Shown here piece by piece: positions 22,870-33,161 of a stretch of DNA of 64,000 nt. Position 1 is the stretch's first letter, and each line of letters opens with the position of its first letter. The notes under the pieces are model-generated. The model worked only from the letters and a program-made list of their open reading frames with translations, did no database searches and had not been told where the DNA came from. The stretch comes from Methanocaldococcus sp. 16A (GTDB taxonomy: Archaea > AGJL01 > Methanococci > Methanococcales > Methanocaldococcaceae), in the NCBI GenBank assembly GCA_049860595.1, contig CP187551.1, one strand, 5' to 3'. The position numbers were made by a program, and so were the translations under genes.

Positions 22870-24819
22870 TTGAATTTAGTTGATTTATACGTAAAGAAAT
22901 TTATGGATTTGATTGAGATTGAAAGAAGATGTGAGATGGACTTTCATAAAAATGAAATTATAAAGTTGGGAAAAAAGAGAGAAAATGTAGGTAGAGCAAT
23001 TTTAAATTTAAAAGGAAAATTTTTAGGAGAGAGCTTAGGATGTACAATTGTCAGATTTGGAAGGAAAAAGCCGTTTAAAACAGAAATCTCTCCTGGAGAT
23101 GTTGTTTTAATCAGCAAAGAAAACCCATTGCAGAGTGATTTATATGCTAATGTGATTTATGTGGGAAAAAACTTTATAGATGTGGCGTTTGATGTTGATG
23201 TTCCAAGATGGGTTTATAAGGAGAGAGTTAGGATTGATTTGTATGTAAATGATATAACATTTAAAAGGATGAAAGAGGCTTTGAGAGAATTTGCAATAAA
23301 AAGGGATAAGTTAGCTTACATTATTTTAGGAATTGAACATCCAGAGAAACCTTTGAGAGAAGATATTGAATTAGAATTTTATGATAAAAGTTTAAATGAA
23401 TCTCAAAAATTAGCTGTTAAAAAAGCAGTTTTAAGTAAAGATTTGTATTTAATACATGGACCTCCAGGAACTGGAAAAACAAGGACTATAACAGAAGTTA
23501 TCGTCCAAGAGGTTAAATTTAATAAGCATAAAGTTTTAGCAACTGCTGATTCAAATATAGCGGCAGATAACATCTTAGAATACCTAATTAAAAAATATCC
23601 TGATTTAAAAGTTGTTAGAGTAGGGCATCCTACAAGGATTTCAAAGGATTTGATACAACACTCTCTACCATATTTAATTGAGAATCATGAGAAATATCAG
23701 GAAATTTTATCTTTAAGGGAAAAAATTAAAGAGATTAAGGAGCAGAGAGATAAATTTTTAAAACCCTCTCCAAAATGGAGAAGAGGTATGAGTGATGAGC
23801 AAATTTTAAAAGTAGCTAAAAGAAAAAAATCTTATAGGGGAATTCCTAAAGAAAAAATTATCAGTATGGCAGAGTGGATTATAAGAAATAAAAAGATTAA
23901 AAAAATCATCAATAATTTAGATGAAATAACAGAAAAAATTATGAATGAAATTTTAAGTGAGGCTGATGTCATTGTAGCAACAAATTCCATGGCTGGCTCA
24001 GAGATTTTAAAAGGATGGGAGTTTGATGTTGTAGTAATTGATGAAGGAAGCCAAGCTATGGAACCATCTTGCTTAATTCCAATTGTTAAAGGAAAAAAAC
24101 TAATTATGGCAGGAGACCACAAGCAATTGCCTCCAACAGTATTGAGTGAAAATGAAGAGCTAAAAAAGACTTTATTTGAGAGATTAATTAAAAAATATCC
24201 AGAATTTTCATCCATATTAGAAATTCAATATAGAATGAATGAAAGAATTATGGAATTTCCAAATAGAATGTTTTATGACAACAAATTAAAAGCTGATAAG
24301 AGCGTTAAAAACATCACCTTATTAGATTTGGTTAATGAGGAAGAGATTGATGAATCCGATAGAGACATTATAAATGAAATTCCAGTTCAGTTTATACATG
24401 TTGAAGGATTAGAAAGAAAAGATAAAGAATCACCATCTTATTATAATATAGAAGAGGCAGAGAAGGTTTTAGAGATAATTAAAAAACTTTTAAAGTATAA
24501 GATACCAACAAACGTCATAACTCCTTACGATGCTCAAGTTAGGTATTTAAGGAGGTTGTTTGAAGAGCACAATATAGATGTGGAAGTTAATACAGTAGAT
24601 GGATTTCAAGGTAGAGAAAATGAGGCAATAGTTATCTCATTTGTAAGAACAAAGAATTTTGGATTTTTGAAAGATTTGAGGAGATTGAATGTTGCTATAA
24701 CAAGAGCTAAGAGGAAATTGATTTTAATAGGTAATGAGAATTTGTTAAAGCAGGATAAAGTTTATAATGAGATGATAAAGTGGTCAAAATCAGTTGAAGA
24801 AAAATATAAACAAAGTTAA
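22870..24819 (+). CDS. SF1 IGHMBP2/Upf1-like helicase
   Basis: GPPGTGKT, IDEGSQ, GDHKQLPP, QYRM, TVDGFQGRE and RLNVAITRAK motifs. Confidence 0.92.
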   Translation: MNLVDLYVKKFMDLIEIERRCEMDFHKNEIIKLGKKRENVGRAILNLKGKFLGESLGCTIVRFGRKKPFKTEISPGDVVLISKENPLQSDLYANVIYVGKNFIDVAFDVDVPRWVYKERVRIDLYVNDITFKRMKEALREFAIKRDKLAYIILGIEHPEKPLREDIELEFYDKSLNESQKLAVKKAVLSKDLYLIHGPPGTGKTRTITEVIVQEVKFNKHKVLATADSNIAADNILEYLIKKYPDLKVVRVGHPTRISKDLIQHSLPYLIENHEKYQEILSLREKIKEIKEQRDKFLKPSPKWRRGMSDEQILKVAKRKKSYRGIPKEKIISMAEWIIRNKKIKKIINNLDEITEKIMNEILSEADVIVATNSMAGSEILKGWEFDVVVIDEGSQAMEPSCLIPIVKGKKLIMAGDHKQLPPTVLSENEELKKTLFERLIKKYPEFSSILEIQYRMNERIMEFPNRMFYDNKLKADKSVKNITLLDLVNEEEIDESDRDIINEIPVQFIHVEGLERKDKESPSYYNIEEAEKVLEIIKKLLKYKIPTNVITPYDAQVRYLRRLFEEHNIDVEVNTVDGFQGRENEAIVISFVRTKNFGFLKDLRRLNVAITRAKRKLILIGNENLLKQDKVYNEMIKWSKSVEEKYKQS

Positions 24820-24824
24820 TGAAA

Positions 24825-25169
24825 TTAATACATTCTGAATGTTATCTCTACATAAATAGATTCAATTTTAACACATTTAGCAAATCCTAACATCTCCAGT
24901 TGAACTCTTCCAGCTATAATCTCTTTTTCTTCAAAGCCATTTATCATTTGAGGAACTAATGAGACTTTAATAACTCTACCTAAAATACCTTCTGTCCCTG
25001 ATCTCAAATCTTCTCTAAGTGTTGATGTTATAAAAACTAAATCCCCCTCTTTTAAATTTTTAACTGTCTCTAAGTTTAATGCATTAATTAAAGTGAAAGT
25101 TTTTACATGATTTTCAATAAAATCATTAATTGCATTCTCACTAATCCCAAATAATCCATATACTTTCAT
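24825..25169 (-). CDS. DUF473 family protein (MJ0105-like)
   Basis: Short conserved methanogen-type ORF with GDLVFITS motif. Confidence 0.6.
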   Translation of the reverse strand: MKVYGLFGISENAINDFIENHVKTFTLINALNLETVKNLKEGDLVFITSTLREDLRSGTEGILGRVIKVSLVPQMINGFEEKEIIAGRVQLEMLGFAKCVKIESIYVEITFRMY

Positions 25170-25182
25170 AATTTCACCAGAT

Positions 25183-25887
25183 TTAAATATACATTGGATA
25201 TTCCTTTCTGCTCTTTGACATCATCTTCAAATGTTGTTCTGCCAATTCTTTGAGTTTGTTTTCAATAGCTTCAGCCTCTTTAATAAGATTCTCAATACTT
25301 ATGTTTAGGTTGAACATTTTATTCAAAACTTCTAATAGGTTAGCTCCACCTCTTGGGTCTGGTCTAACTCCAACAGTCTCAGCTAACAAGCCAATAGCAT
25401 CAAATCCATTATCTTGACATTTTATCAGTAAATTTCCACTTATTCCCCCCACAATACCAAAATCAAATATTTCAACATAATTTTTTAAGTCCTCTATTAA
25501 TTCTTCTTTATTGGCTATTCCAAATACTTTTTCTGATTTTCCAGCTACTATTCCCCCAAGAGAAACAAATAGCTTTGGATTTTTATTTGAGAAGGTTTTG
25601 ACTATAAACTCAGCCAATTCATTAATCTTAAGTGGAGGGATTATTACATCTGAAAATAAGATAATTAAATCATTTTTTGCATAAGCTCTCACTGGAGGAT
25701 ATGGAATGCCCTTCTCAACAGTTACAAGTGGAGGAATTCCCTCAATCTCAAAGTATCCAAAATATTTTAAGTTGAGCTCTTTTATTATTTGAAATGCAGC
25801 AATACTGCCAACTAACCCAGTGCCAGGAAATGCTTCAATAATTATTGGCTGTTCAAACTCTATTTTTGCTTTCTCAATAAACTTCAT
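25183..25887 (-). CDS. PAC2-family proteasome assembly chaperone
   Basis: FPGTGLVGSIA, PDPRGG, C-terminal HbYX-like end (MYI). Confidence 0.88.
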   Translation of the reverse strand: MKFIEKAKIEFEQPIIIEAFPGTGLVGSIAAFQIIKELNLKYFGYFEIEGIPPLVTVEKGIPYPPVRAYAKNDLIILFSDVIIPPLKINELAEFIVKTFSNKNPKLFVSLGGIVAGKSEKVFGIANKEELIEDLKNYVEIFDFGIVGGISGNLLIKCQDNGFDAIGLLAETVGVRPDPRGGANLLEVLNKMFNLNISIENLIKEAEAIENKLKELAEQHLKMMSKSRKEYPMYI

Positions 25888-25916
25888 ACTACCCCCCAAA
25901 TTTAGCTAAATAATAA

Positions 25917-26057
25917 TAGGACTTTCGTAGGAATTTTTGTTAAATATAGATACATAAATATGTCAAAGTTCTAAATTTAATATATAAACTGCGAAAGTCC
26001 TATTTAAAGTGCATTTAACCTATTATTCATTGGTATTTTATTCGTGCAAAAGTCCTA
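25917..26057. repeat. MJRE-type element (25917-26002) plus an extra orphan end (to 26057)
   Basis: TAGGACTTTCGTAG...CTGCGAAAGTCCTA, followed by a second TGCAAAAGTCCTA. Confidence 0.8.
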
Positions 26058-26138
26058 TTATAAAATAATTTTATTAACTTAATTACATTTATAGTTTTCA
26101 TTTTCTTCTATTAACTATGAAAGTTTATGAGGGAGATT

Positions 26139-27716
26139 ATGAAAATACTAATAATAACTGGAAAATTAGCTGAAAAGAAAGTTAAAAAAGCTGTGGAAAA
26201 ATACGATTTTGTGGATGTTCATGTAGCGAATATTTCAGTAGCGGCTTTTTTAACACCAAACTTAATAATTAAAGAAATTAAAAAATTAGAAAACAAATTT
26301 GGAAAAAAATTAAAGGATATCTACGATTTTGTTTTAGTAACTGGATTGATAAGGCATGATTTAAAGAAGGTTGAGGAAGAGACTGGAATAAAATGCTTTA
26401 AATCTACGAGAGAGGCTTCTGATATTCCAATACTAATTGAAAATTTAGATAAAATAAAGCTATCCACTAAAGAATATGCCGATTTACAGCTATTGGAGAT
26501 TATTAGAGAGAGATGTGAAGAAGAGATTAAAAATGCAGAAGAACAGGAGTTAGGAGATGGAGATATAAAGATAGGTAAGTTAAAGGTTGGGGATAAATTT
26601 CCTATGAGAGTTTTGGGAGAGATAGTCCATGCCCCATGGCTAAAAGAAAAAGAGTTAGAGGAGAAAATAATATACTACTTAGAAAGTGGGGCAGATATGA
26701 TTGATTTGGGAATGGTTAGCAACGAAAACAATGCAGACAAAATTAAGGAGATGTTAAAAATAGCGAGAGATTTAACTGATAATCCAATTAGCGTAGATAC
26801 TTTAAACACAAAAGAGTTGATTGAAGCAATAAATTTAGGGGCAGATATGGTTTTGAGTGTTGATGCTGGAAATATGGATGAGTTAATTCCTTATTTGAAA
26901 GATTCAGATACTGCAGTGGTTGTTTTACCAACAAATTATAAAACAAACTATATCCCAGAGACGATTGAAGGAAAGATTAAGTATTTAGAGGAGAATATAA
27001 AAAAATTATTGGATGCAGGAGTTGAAAAGATAGTTGGTGACCCAATATTAGAGCCAATAAACAACAGTGGTTGTAGTTTTATAGAAAGTGTTATTGCATG
27101 TAGAGAATTTAAAAAAAGAAATAAACTCCCACTATTTTTTGGTGTTGGGAATGTTACAGAGCTTTTTGATGCTGATAGTAATGGAGTTAATGCTTTATTG
27201 GCAGCAATTGCTTCTGAGATTAATGCTAACATATTATTTACACCAGAAGCGAGTGCAAAATGCAAATTTTCAATAAAAGAGTTAAAGATTGCTTCAAAGA
27301 TGATGTTTTTAGCTAAAAAAAGGAATTCTTTACCAAAAGATATTGGTTATAATTTGATAAATTATAAGGATAAGAGATTTGATGAGGAAATAACTTTTAA
27401 CAACTATAAAGTTCCAATAATTAAAGCTGAAGAGGATAAAAAACAAATATTGGATGAAGGAAGTTTTAAAATTGAAATTGACAGAAAAAATAAAGAAATT
27501 GTAGCAATATACTTTAATAAAAGAAGAGAACCAGTTTTAATTATTAAAGGTAAGAAACCAAAAGAAATTTATGAAACCGCGATAAGATTAAATTTAATAA
27601 AAAAGATTGACCATGCCGCATATTTTGGTAGGGAGTTGGCTAAGGCAGAGATAGCTTTAAAAATAGGTAAAAAATACAATCAGGACTTTGATTTGTTTTA
27701 TAATGAATTTTGGTGA
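26139..27716 (+). CDS. Dihydropteroate synthase-like protein (MJ0107-like)
   Basis: Pterin-binding TIM barrel (GADMIDLG, ISVDT, DPILEP) and C-terminal HAAYFGRELAKAE. Confidence 0.85.
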   Translation: MKILIITGKLAEKKVKKAVEKYDFVDVHVANISVAAFLTPNLIIKEIKKLENKFGKKLKDIYDFVLVTGLIRHDLKKVEEETGIKCFKSTREASDIPILIENLDKIKLSTKEYADLQLLEIIRERCEEEIKNAEEQELGDGDIKIGKLKVGDKFPMRVLGEIVHAPWLKEKELEEKIIYYLESGADMIDLGMVSNENNADKIKEMLKIARDLTDNPISVDTLNTKELIEAINLGADMVLSVDAGNMDELIPYLKDSDTAVVVLPTNYKTNYIPETIEGKIKYLEENIKKLLDAGVEKIVGDPILEPINNSGCSFIESVIACREFKKRNKLPLFFGVGNVTELFDADSNGVNALLAAIASEINANILFTPEASAKCKFSIKELKIASKMMFLAKKRNSLPKDIGYNLINYKDKRFDEEITFNNYKVPIIKAEEDKKQILDEGSFKIEIDRKNKEIVAIYFNKRREPVLIIKGKKPKEIYETAIRLNLIKKIDHAAYFGRELAKAEIALKIGKKYNQDFDLFYNEFW

Positions 27717-27721
27717 AGATA

Positions 27722-29056
27722 ATGAGAAAAACTAAAATTTTAGTTACCTTAGGCCCTTCCTTAGAAAATAAACTAGATAAAGCAGTAAATTTAATAGATG
27801 GAGTTAGGTTTAATATGTCTCATGCTACAACAGATTATTGTGAAAAGTTTTTGAATATATTGGAAAAAAATAACATTGCCAAAGTCATGGATTTGAAGGG
27901 AATAAAGATTAGAGTAAAAAAAGTTAGATTAAAAAATAAAATATTAAAAAAGGGGGAAAAAGTTGTTATTGGGGAGGATATAAAATTTAACTACAACATA
28001 GACACAATTGAAGAGGAGCATTATATTTTAATTAACGATGGAAAAATTAAGCTAAAAGTTTTAGAAAAAAATGATGATAAAATTATCGCTATTGTAGAAG
28101 TTGGTGGTGAAATTAGAGAGGGAATGGGAGTAAATCTTCCAGATACAAAAATTGAATTACCAATAATTGATGAAATTGATTTAGAAAATATAAAATTTGC
28201 TGTAGAAAAGGACTTTGAATATATTGCCTTATCATTTGTTAGAAATAAAGAAGATGTTAAGGAATTAAAAGATATTATAGCAGAATATAAAGGAGGTTGT
28301 GAGGTAATATCAAAAATAGAGACAAGAGAAGGTCTAAAGAATATAAAAGAGATAGCAAGAGAAAGTGATGGAGTGATGGTAGCAAGGGGAGATTTGGGTG
28401 TAGAGATTCCAATAGAAAATATTCCAATTGAACAAAAGAAGATATTAAGGATAGCTAATAGATATGGGATTCTGTCAATAACTGCCACACAAATTTTGGA
28501 TTCTATGGTATATAATCCATTTCCAACGAGAGCTGAAGTTACAGACATAGCTAATGCCATATACGATGGAACTGACTGTTTAATGCTGTCCAACGAAACG
28601 ACTATTGGAAAATATCCAATAGAGGCAATAAAAGTATTAAATAAAGTTGCTGAAATGGCTGATAAACATTATGAAGAGTTTGGAGATATTGTTTGTTTAG
28701 AGGTTGAGAGTATTGATGAAGGTTTGGTATATGCTGTTTATGAGCTATATAAGAAACTAAATACAGAATTAATTATAGCCCCAACATATTCTGGAAGAAC
28801 TGCTAAGTTAATATCTAAATTAAGGATAAATAGTAAAATAATAGCACCTACACCAAATTTAAAAACTTTAAAAAAGTTGAGATTAGTTTGGGGTGTTGAA
28901 AGCTGTTTGATGAAAGAATTTGATAATGTAGAGAGTATAATCAACGCCTGTAGGGAGATAGCTAGAAAAGAAATTGAGAAAGGAATCTATTTAATAACAT
29001 TAGGTCATCCAATAGGTAAAAAGAAAACAAACACTATAAAAGTTGAGAGTATCTAA
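27722..29056 (+). CDS. pyk: Pyruvate kinase
   Basis: RFNMSH, ISKIE, MVARGDLG, ATQILDSM and PTRAEVTD motifs. Confidence 0.96.
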   Translation: MRKTKILVTLGPSLENKLDKAVNLIDGVRFNMSHATTDYCEKFLNILEKNNIAKVMDLKGIKIRVKKVRLKNKILKKGEKVVIGEDIKFNYNIDTIEEEHYILINDGKIKLKVLEKNDDKIIAIVEVGGEIREGMGVNLPDTKIELPIIDEIDLENIKFAVEKDFEYIALSFVRNKEDVKELKDIIAEYKGGCEVISKIETREGLKNIKEIARESDGVMVARGDLGVEIPIENIPIEQKKILRIANRYGILSITATQILDSMVYNPFPTRAEVTDIANAIYDGTDCLMLSNETTIGKYPIEAIKVLNKVAEMADKHYEEFGDIVCLEVESIDEGLVYAVYELYKKLNTELIIAPTYSGRTAKLISKLRINSKIIAPTPNLKTLKKLRLVWGVESCLMKEFDNVESIINACREIARKEIEKGIYLITLGHPIGKKKTNTIKVESI

Positions 29057-29057
29057 A

Positions 29058-29157
29058 TATGACTTTCGCAGTTTATATATTTAGTCAATGAAAATATAAT
29101 GCCTTTGGCATCAAATATAAAATATACCTTTTAATATCTATTTATGCGAAAGTCCTA
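29058..29157. repeat. MJRE-type element between convergent genes
   Basis: TATGACTTTCGCAG...GGCATC...TGCGAAAGTCCTA. Confidence 0.85.
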
Positions 29158-29916
29158 TTATAAAATGTCTAAAATTATATCCAACATTTCTTTGCTATTT
29201 GCTACAATAATATTTATTCTGTCTGCTGCATTTAGCTCAAATTTCAACTCATCTCCATTCTCATCCGTTATTAAAGCTCCAGCCTCTTTGCATATTATAT
29301 ATGATGAAGCAATATCAACAGCTCTAACTTTAGGGCGGACATCAAAAACAGCATCTAAAGTGCCTTTAGCTACATAGCACATTTCTAAGCCAAAGGCTCC
29401 AAATATTCTAACTCTTTTAATTTTTTCTCTTAATTTTTTAATGTCTATATTATTGTTGGGATAGTAACTTATAGTTATGTCATTAGGATTGAATTCTTTA
29501 ACTTTTATTTTTTCTCCATTTAAATATGCTCCTTTTCTACTATATGCTTCATAAATGTTTTTAGTTAAAAATTCATAAGTTAAGCCATAATATGGTTTGT
29601 TATTTTTAAATACTCCAAAGCAGAATGCAAAAAATGGAATTCCGTTTATAAAATTGAATGAGCCATCTATTGGGTCTATAACTACAGTCCATTCACTTCC
29701 ATTGTCTATAACTCCAATTTCTTCACTTACAATATTTACATTCAAAGGTTGTAGGTAATTTAAAGCAATATTTTCACTTAGTTTATCAAAAATTTCAGTT
29801 TCATCTCCACTTGGCGACCTTCCAACAACATAGGATTTATCTTTTCTACCAAAATAATCTAATATATTTTTTTCAATTTCTTTTACTATATTTTTCCCAA
29901 TCTCATCCCATTTCAT
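29158..29916 (-). CDS. suhB: Bifunctional fructose-1,6-bisphosphatase/inositol monophosphatase
   Basis: SEE, DPIDGSFNF and RAVDIAS motifs. Confidence 0.93.
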   Translation of the reverse strand: MKWDEIGKNIVKEIEKNILDYFGRKDKSYVVGRSPSGDETEIFDKLSENIALNYLQPLNVNIVSEEIGVIDNGSEWTVVIDPIDGSFNFINGIPFFAFCFGVFKNNKPYYGLTYEFLTKNIYEAYSRKGAYLNGEKIKVKEFNPNDITISYYPNNNIDIKKLREKIKRVRIFGAFGLEMCYVAKGTLDAVFDVRPKVRAVDIASSYIICKEAGALITDENGDELKFELNAADRINIIVANSKEMLDIILDIL

Positions 29917-30179
29917 TTTCTCATCTCATCCTTTATTTTTAAGTAGGTTATCGGTATCCAAAACATTAAAGATAAAATGTTAAATACTATTATAGGGTAA
30001 TCTCTCTTTAATATTCCATACACCAACCAGAGAGTTAATCCAGTTGTGAATGTTATAACAAAAGCTAATGAGATATTGCTCATATCCCTCTCCTTCAACG
30101 ACTTTATTAATTGAGGGAGAGATGCAAAGGTTGTTAAAGTTCCTGCAATATATCCAATAATAGTTACATCAAAATCCAT
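29913..30179 (-). CDS. SemiSWEET/PQ-loop family transporter
   Basis: LPQLIK, WLVYG and PIIVFN; three TM helices. Confidence 0.85.
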   Translation of the reverse strand: MDFDVTIIGYIAGTLTTFASLPQLIKSLKERDMSNISLAFVITFTTGLTLWLVYGILKRDYPIIVFNILSLMFWIPITYLKIKDEMRK

Positions 30180-30243
30180 ATTTAATCACCAATAAGAATA
30201 TTGTAAATTTTTAAAGGAATTTATATAGATATAGGTGGGATAA

Positions 30244-31434
30244 ATGGATATACTAAAGCTGTTAAAAGATAAAAAGATACTAATTTTGATTATATTTCTT
30301 ACTCTATCAGTATTTCTAATAGTATTTAAAGGAATTGATTATGGAATTGATTTAAGCGGAGGAACAGTTATTGTTTTAAAGGCAGAGAGACCAATGACTG
30401 ATGAAGAGCTACAATTAACAGTAGATATTATTGAGAAAAGATTAAATGCAAATGGTTTAAGTGATATAACTGTTTATCCAAGAGGAAATGATGAAATTAT
30501 TGTTATGATTCCCAACAGCTCAGACACTGAGAGAATAATTAAAGTTTTAGAACATCAAGGGGTTTTTGAAGCGAAGATTGATAATATAACTGTCTACACA
30601 GGAAAAGATGTTAAGCTTGTTGAACCTCCAACGAAGATTCCACAAGAAAATGGATGGGCTTATGGAGTTCCTTTTGAATTAACATTAGAAGGTGCCAAAA
30701 AGTTTGCTGAACTTGCTAAAGGTAAGGCATATCACAAAGTTGAGCTATATATGGATGGTAAGCTGATATCAGCTCCTGTCTTATCTCCAGATTTGGCAGA
30801 TGGAAGACCTCATCCAAAGCAGGTTATTACTGTTGGTAGCTACCCTCCAACTAAAGATGAGATTGATGAAGCAATGGCTATATATTCAGCTTTAAAATCT
30901 GGTGCTTTGCCAGTAAAATTGGATATCGAATATACCTATGCAGTTTCATCAGAGTTTGGTAAAGAATTTTTAAAAGGAACAGCTATTGCTTTACTATTGG
31001 CATTTATAGCAGTTGGAATAATTGTTAGTGTGAGATACAAACAACCAAAGATAGCTATTCCAATCCTAATAACATGTTTATCAGAAATTATTATAATATT
31101 AGGATTTGCTTCTTTAATAAATTGGAAATTAGATTTACCTTCAATAGCAGGTATTATAGCGGCTGTGGGGACAGGGGTTGATAACCAAATTGTTATAACT
31201 GATGAGACATTGAAAAGAGGAGCTGGAAAAATAAGAGCAAGTATTAAAAGAGCCTTCTTTATAATATTTGCTTCAGCCTCTACATCTATAGCGGCTATGT
31301 TACCTTTATTTGTGCTTGGTGTAGGAATGTTAAAAGGGTTTGCAATAACTACAATAGCAGGAGTTTTAATAGGGATATTTATAACAAGACCTGCATTTGC
31401 AAGAATTGTAGAAGAAATGTTTAAAAAATACTAA
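30244..31434 (+). CDS. secD: Preprotein translocase subunit SecD
   Basis: GIDLSGG, LKSGALP, GTGVDNQIVITDE and KGFAIT motifs. Confidence 0.95.
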   Translation: MDILKLLKDKKILILIIFLTLSVFLIVFKGIDYGIDLSGGTVIVLKAERPMTDEELQLTVDIIEKRLNANGLSDITVYPRGNDEIIVMIPNSSDTERIIKVLEHQGVFEAKIDNITVYTGKDVKLVEPPTKIPQENGWAYGVPFELTLEGAKKFAELAKGKAYHKVELYMDGKLISAPVLSPDLADGRPHPKQVITVGSYPPTKDEIDEAMAIYSALKSGALPVKLDIEYTYAVSSEFGKEFLKGTAIALLLAFIAVGIIVSVRYKQPKIAIPILITCLSEIIIILGFASLINWKLDLPSIAGIIAAVGTGVDNQIVITDETLKRGAGKIRASIKRAFFIIFASASTSIAAMLPLFVLGVGMLKGFAITTIAGVLIGIFITRPAFARIVEEMFKKY

Positions 31435-31468
31435 ATATCATCTATTTTTATTTTTAATTTAAAAGAGA

Positions 31469-32162
31469 GACGATGTCAAGATAAGAGAAGGAAGAAGTTA
31501 TAGAGAGAGGAGAAAGATTTGAGCCAACTAATGACGGTTGAGAATTTAGTGTTATTTGGGAATCGATTATAGAAAGAATTAGTTCTTCGTTTGAGTAGGG
31601 AGAAGAAACTTTCGACACAATTTCTTAAACCGAATCGAACTCTTTCGAATTTTAAGCCTAATTTTTGTAGTGCCCATGATACCATTTGCCACCATCGACT
31701 AAAATCTTTGGTTTATTCGAGCAAAATTTTAATATACTTTTTACGAATAAGATAGTATCGAGGTAGCATCTTGTTTTAGAGACATAGATGGCTAAACATT
31801 CTTTAGAATCCACATCGATAGCAGACCATACATAAATAGTTTCATTTCCAAGCTTTAGTTTAGTTTCATCGATTGCTATTAGATTTCTTGTCTTTTTCTC
31901 AGGCTCGTTTAGAATCTCCTTAATCTTGTGATAATATATTCTAACCGATTCATGGCTTATACTCTCAAACTGTGAAAGAAACAAACTAACCTTTCTTAAC
32001 GATAATCCTAAATAATACAAAATTCCAGCCAAAATTTTAATCTCTATCGACTTCTTATTCCTTTTAACTATCTTCTCAATCTTTTCTTTTAACATTTCTA
32101 TCGTAAGTTTCATATCTTCCTTTATTTGCACATATTTATTTAATCTTTATCTTGACAACCTC
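31469..32162 (-). mobile_element. IS6-family insertion sequence (694 bp)
   Basis: Imperfect 16-bp TIRs GACGATGTCAAGATAA / TTATCTTGACAACCTC; 8-bp TSD AAAAGAGA. Confidence 0.92.
31476..32113 (-). pseudogene. IS6 transposase, frameshifted
   Basis: IDETK...WSAID...VDGG DDE motifs. A 1-nt deletion near 31679 relative to the intact copy at 40175-40813. Confidence 0.88.
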
Positions 32163-32213
32163 AAAAGAGAATTAAAAAATCTTTTTTATAAACAATTTTA
32201 GATTATGATGAAA

Positions 32214-32781
32214 GTTTTCATACCGAATCGGTCTGATTTTAATTGAAGTATATAAAGGTAAATATCAAAATCAAAGTGGGTTTTCATACCGAATCGGTCT
32301 GATTTTAATAACGTGACAACATATCACGTAATAACCATTGAAGTGTACGAGTTTTCATACCGAATCGGTCTGATTTTAATTAAAAAAATAACAAACGCTG
32401 AAACATGCTAAAATCCGTTTTCATACCGAATCGGTCTGATTTTAATAAAACAAAGCAGTAATTATCCTAAAAGGACAGGTTGGTTTTCATACCGAATCGG
32501 TCTGATTTTAATCTCTATACATTCAGAAAAAACCTGGCTATCAACCTGAGTTTTCATACCGAATCGGTCTGATTTTAATTTGCATTCCAAATCATCACGG
32601 GTGGAACAATTCGTTTTCATACCGAATCGGTCTGATTTTAATAGAGCTACACTCAAAAGAATAATGCAACACTATGTTGAGTTTTCATACCGAATCGGTC
32701 TGATTTTAATTAGTAGTAATAATCTTCTCTCCAAGTTTCTCGAACCCAATCGTTTTCATACCGAATCGGTCTGATTTTAAT
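32214..32781 (-). CRISPR. CRISPR array: 9 identical 30-bp repeats (ATTAAAATCAGACCGATTCGGTATGAAAAC), 8 spacers of 33-41 bp
   Basis: Repeat starts at 32214, 32280, 32351, 32417, 32483, 32550, 32613, 32681 and 32752. Confidence 0.98.
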
Positions 32782-33150
32782 AGGTAGCATTTTTTGAATT
32801 AAATGAAATTAAGCATTTTTAGGGTTTTAATTTATGAGGTATATATTTCTACCACTCAATTACTTATTTCACTTATAAACCCACAACTAATATAAATACT
32901 TTATGCATCCATAATAAAAAGCATAATAAAACATCTTAACTAAAAAATCAAACTATTTATTGGAGAAATTTCCTATAAAAAACAATAAACAAAAATCCCA
33001 TAAAAATCTTAATAATTTAATATGTCTAAGTAAATAAAATTTTTAAAATAAGCCACCCCTAGAAATTAGCTAAAAATACTTAAATCTAAAAAATATTCCT
33101 TTAAAAAGCTTTAAATTAAAAATAAAAAAAATTTTCAGCGTGATAAATAT
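32782..33150 (-). promoter_or_regulatory. Probable CRISPR leader
   Basis: Long AT-rich non-coding stretch abutting the repeat 5' end in minus orientation. Confidence 0.65.
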
Positions 33151-33161
33151 CACTTAAATAT

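Noticed and set aside
31658-31685. Programmed frameshift in the IS6 transposase
   Set aside because: The second copy is continuous and differs by one base here, with no slippery site, so this is a simple deletion.
32462-32774. Two 64-aa ORFs
   Set aside because: They are translations of CRISPR repeats and spacers.
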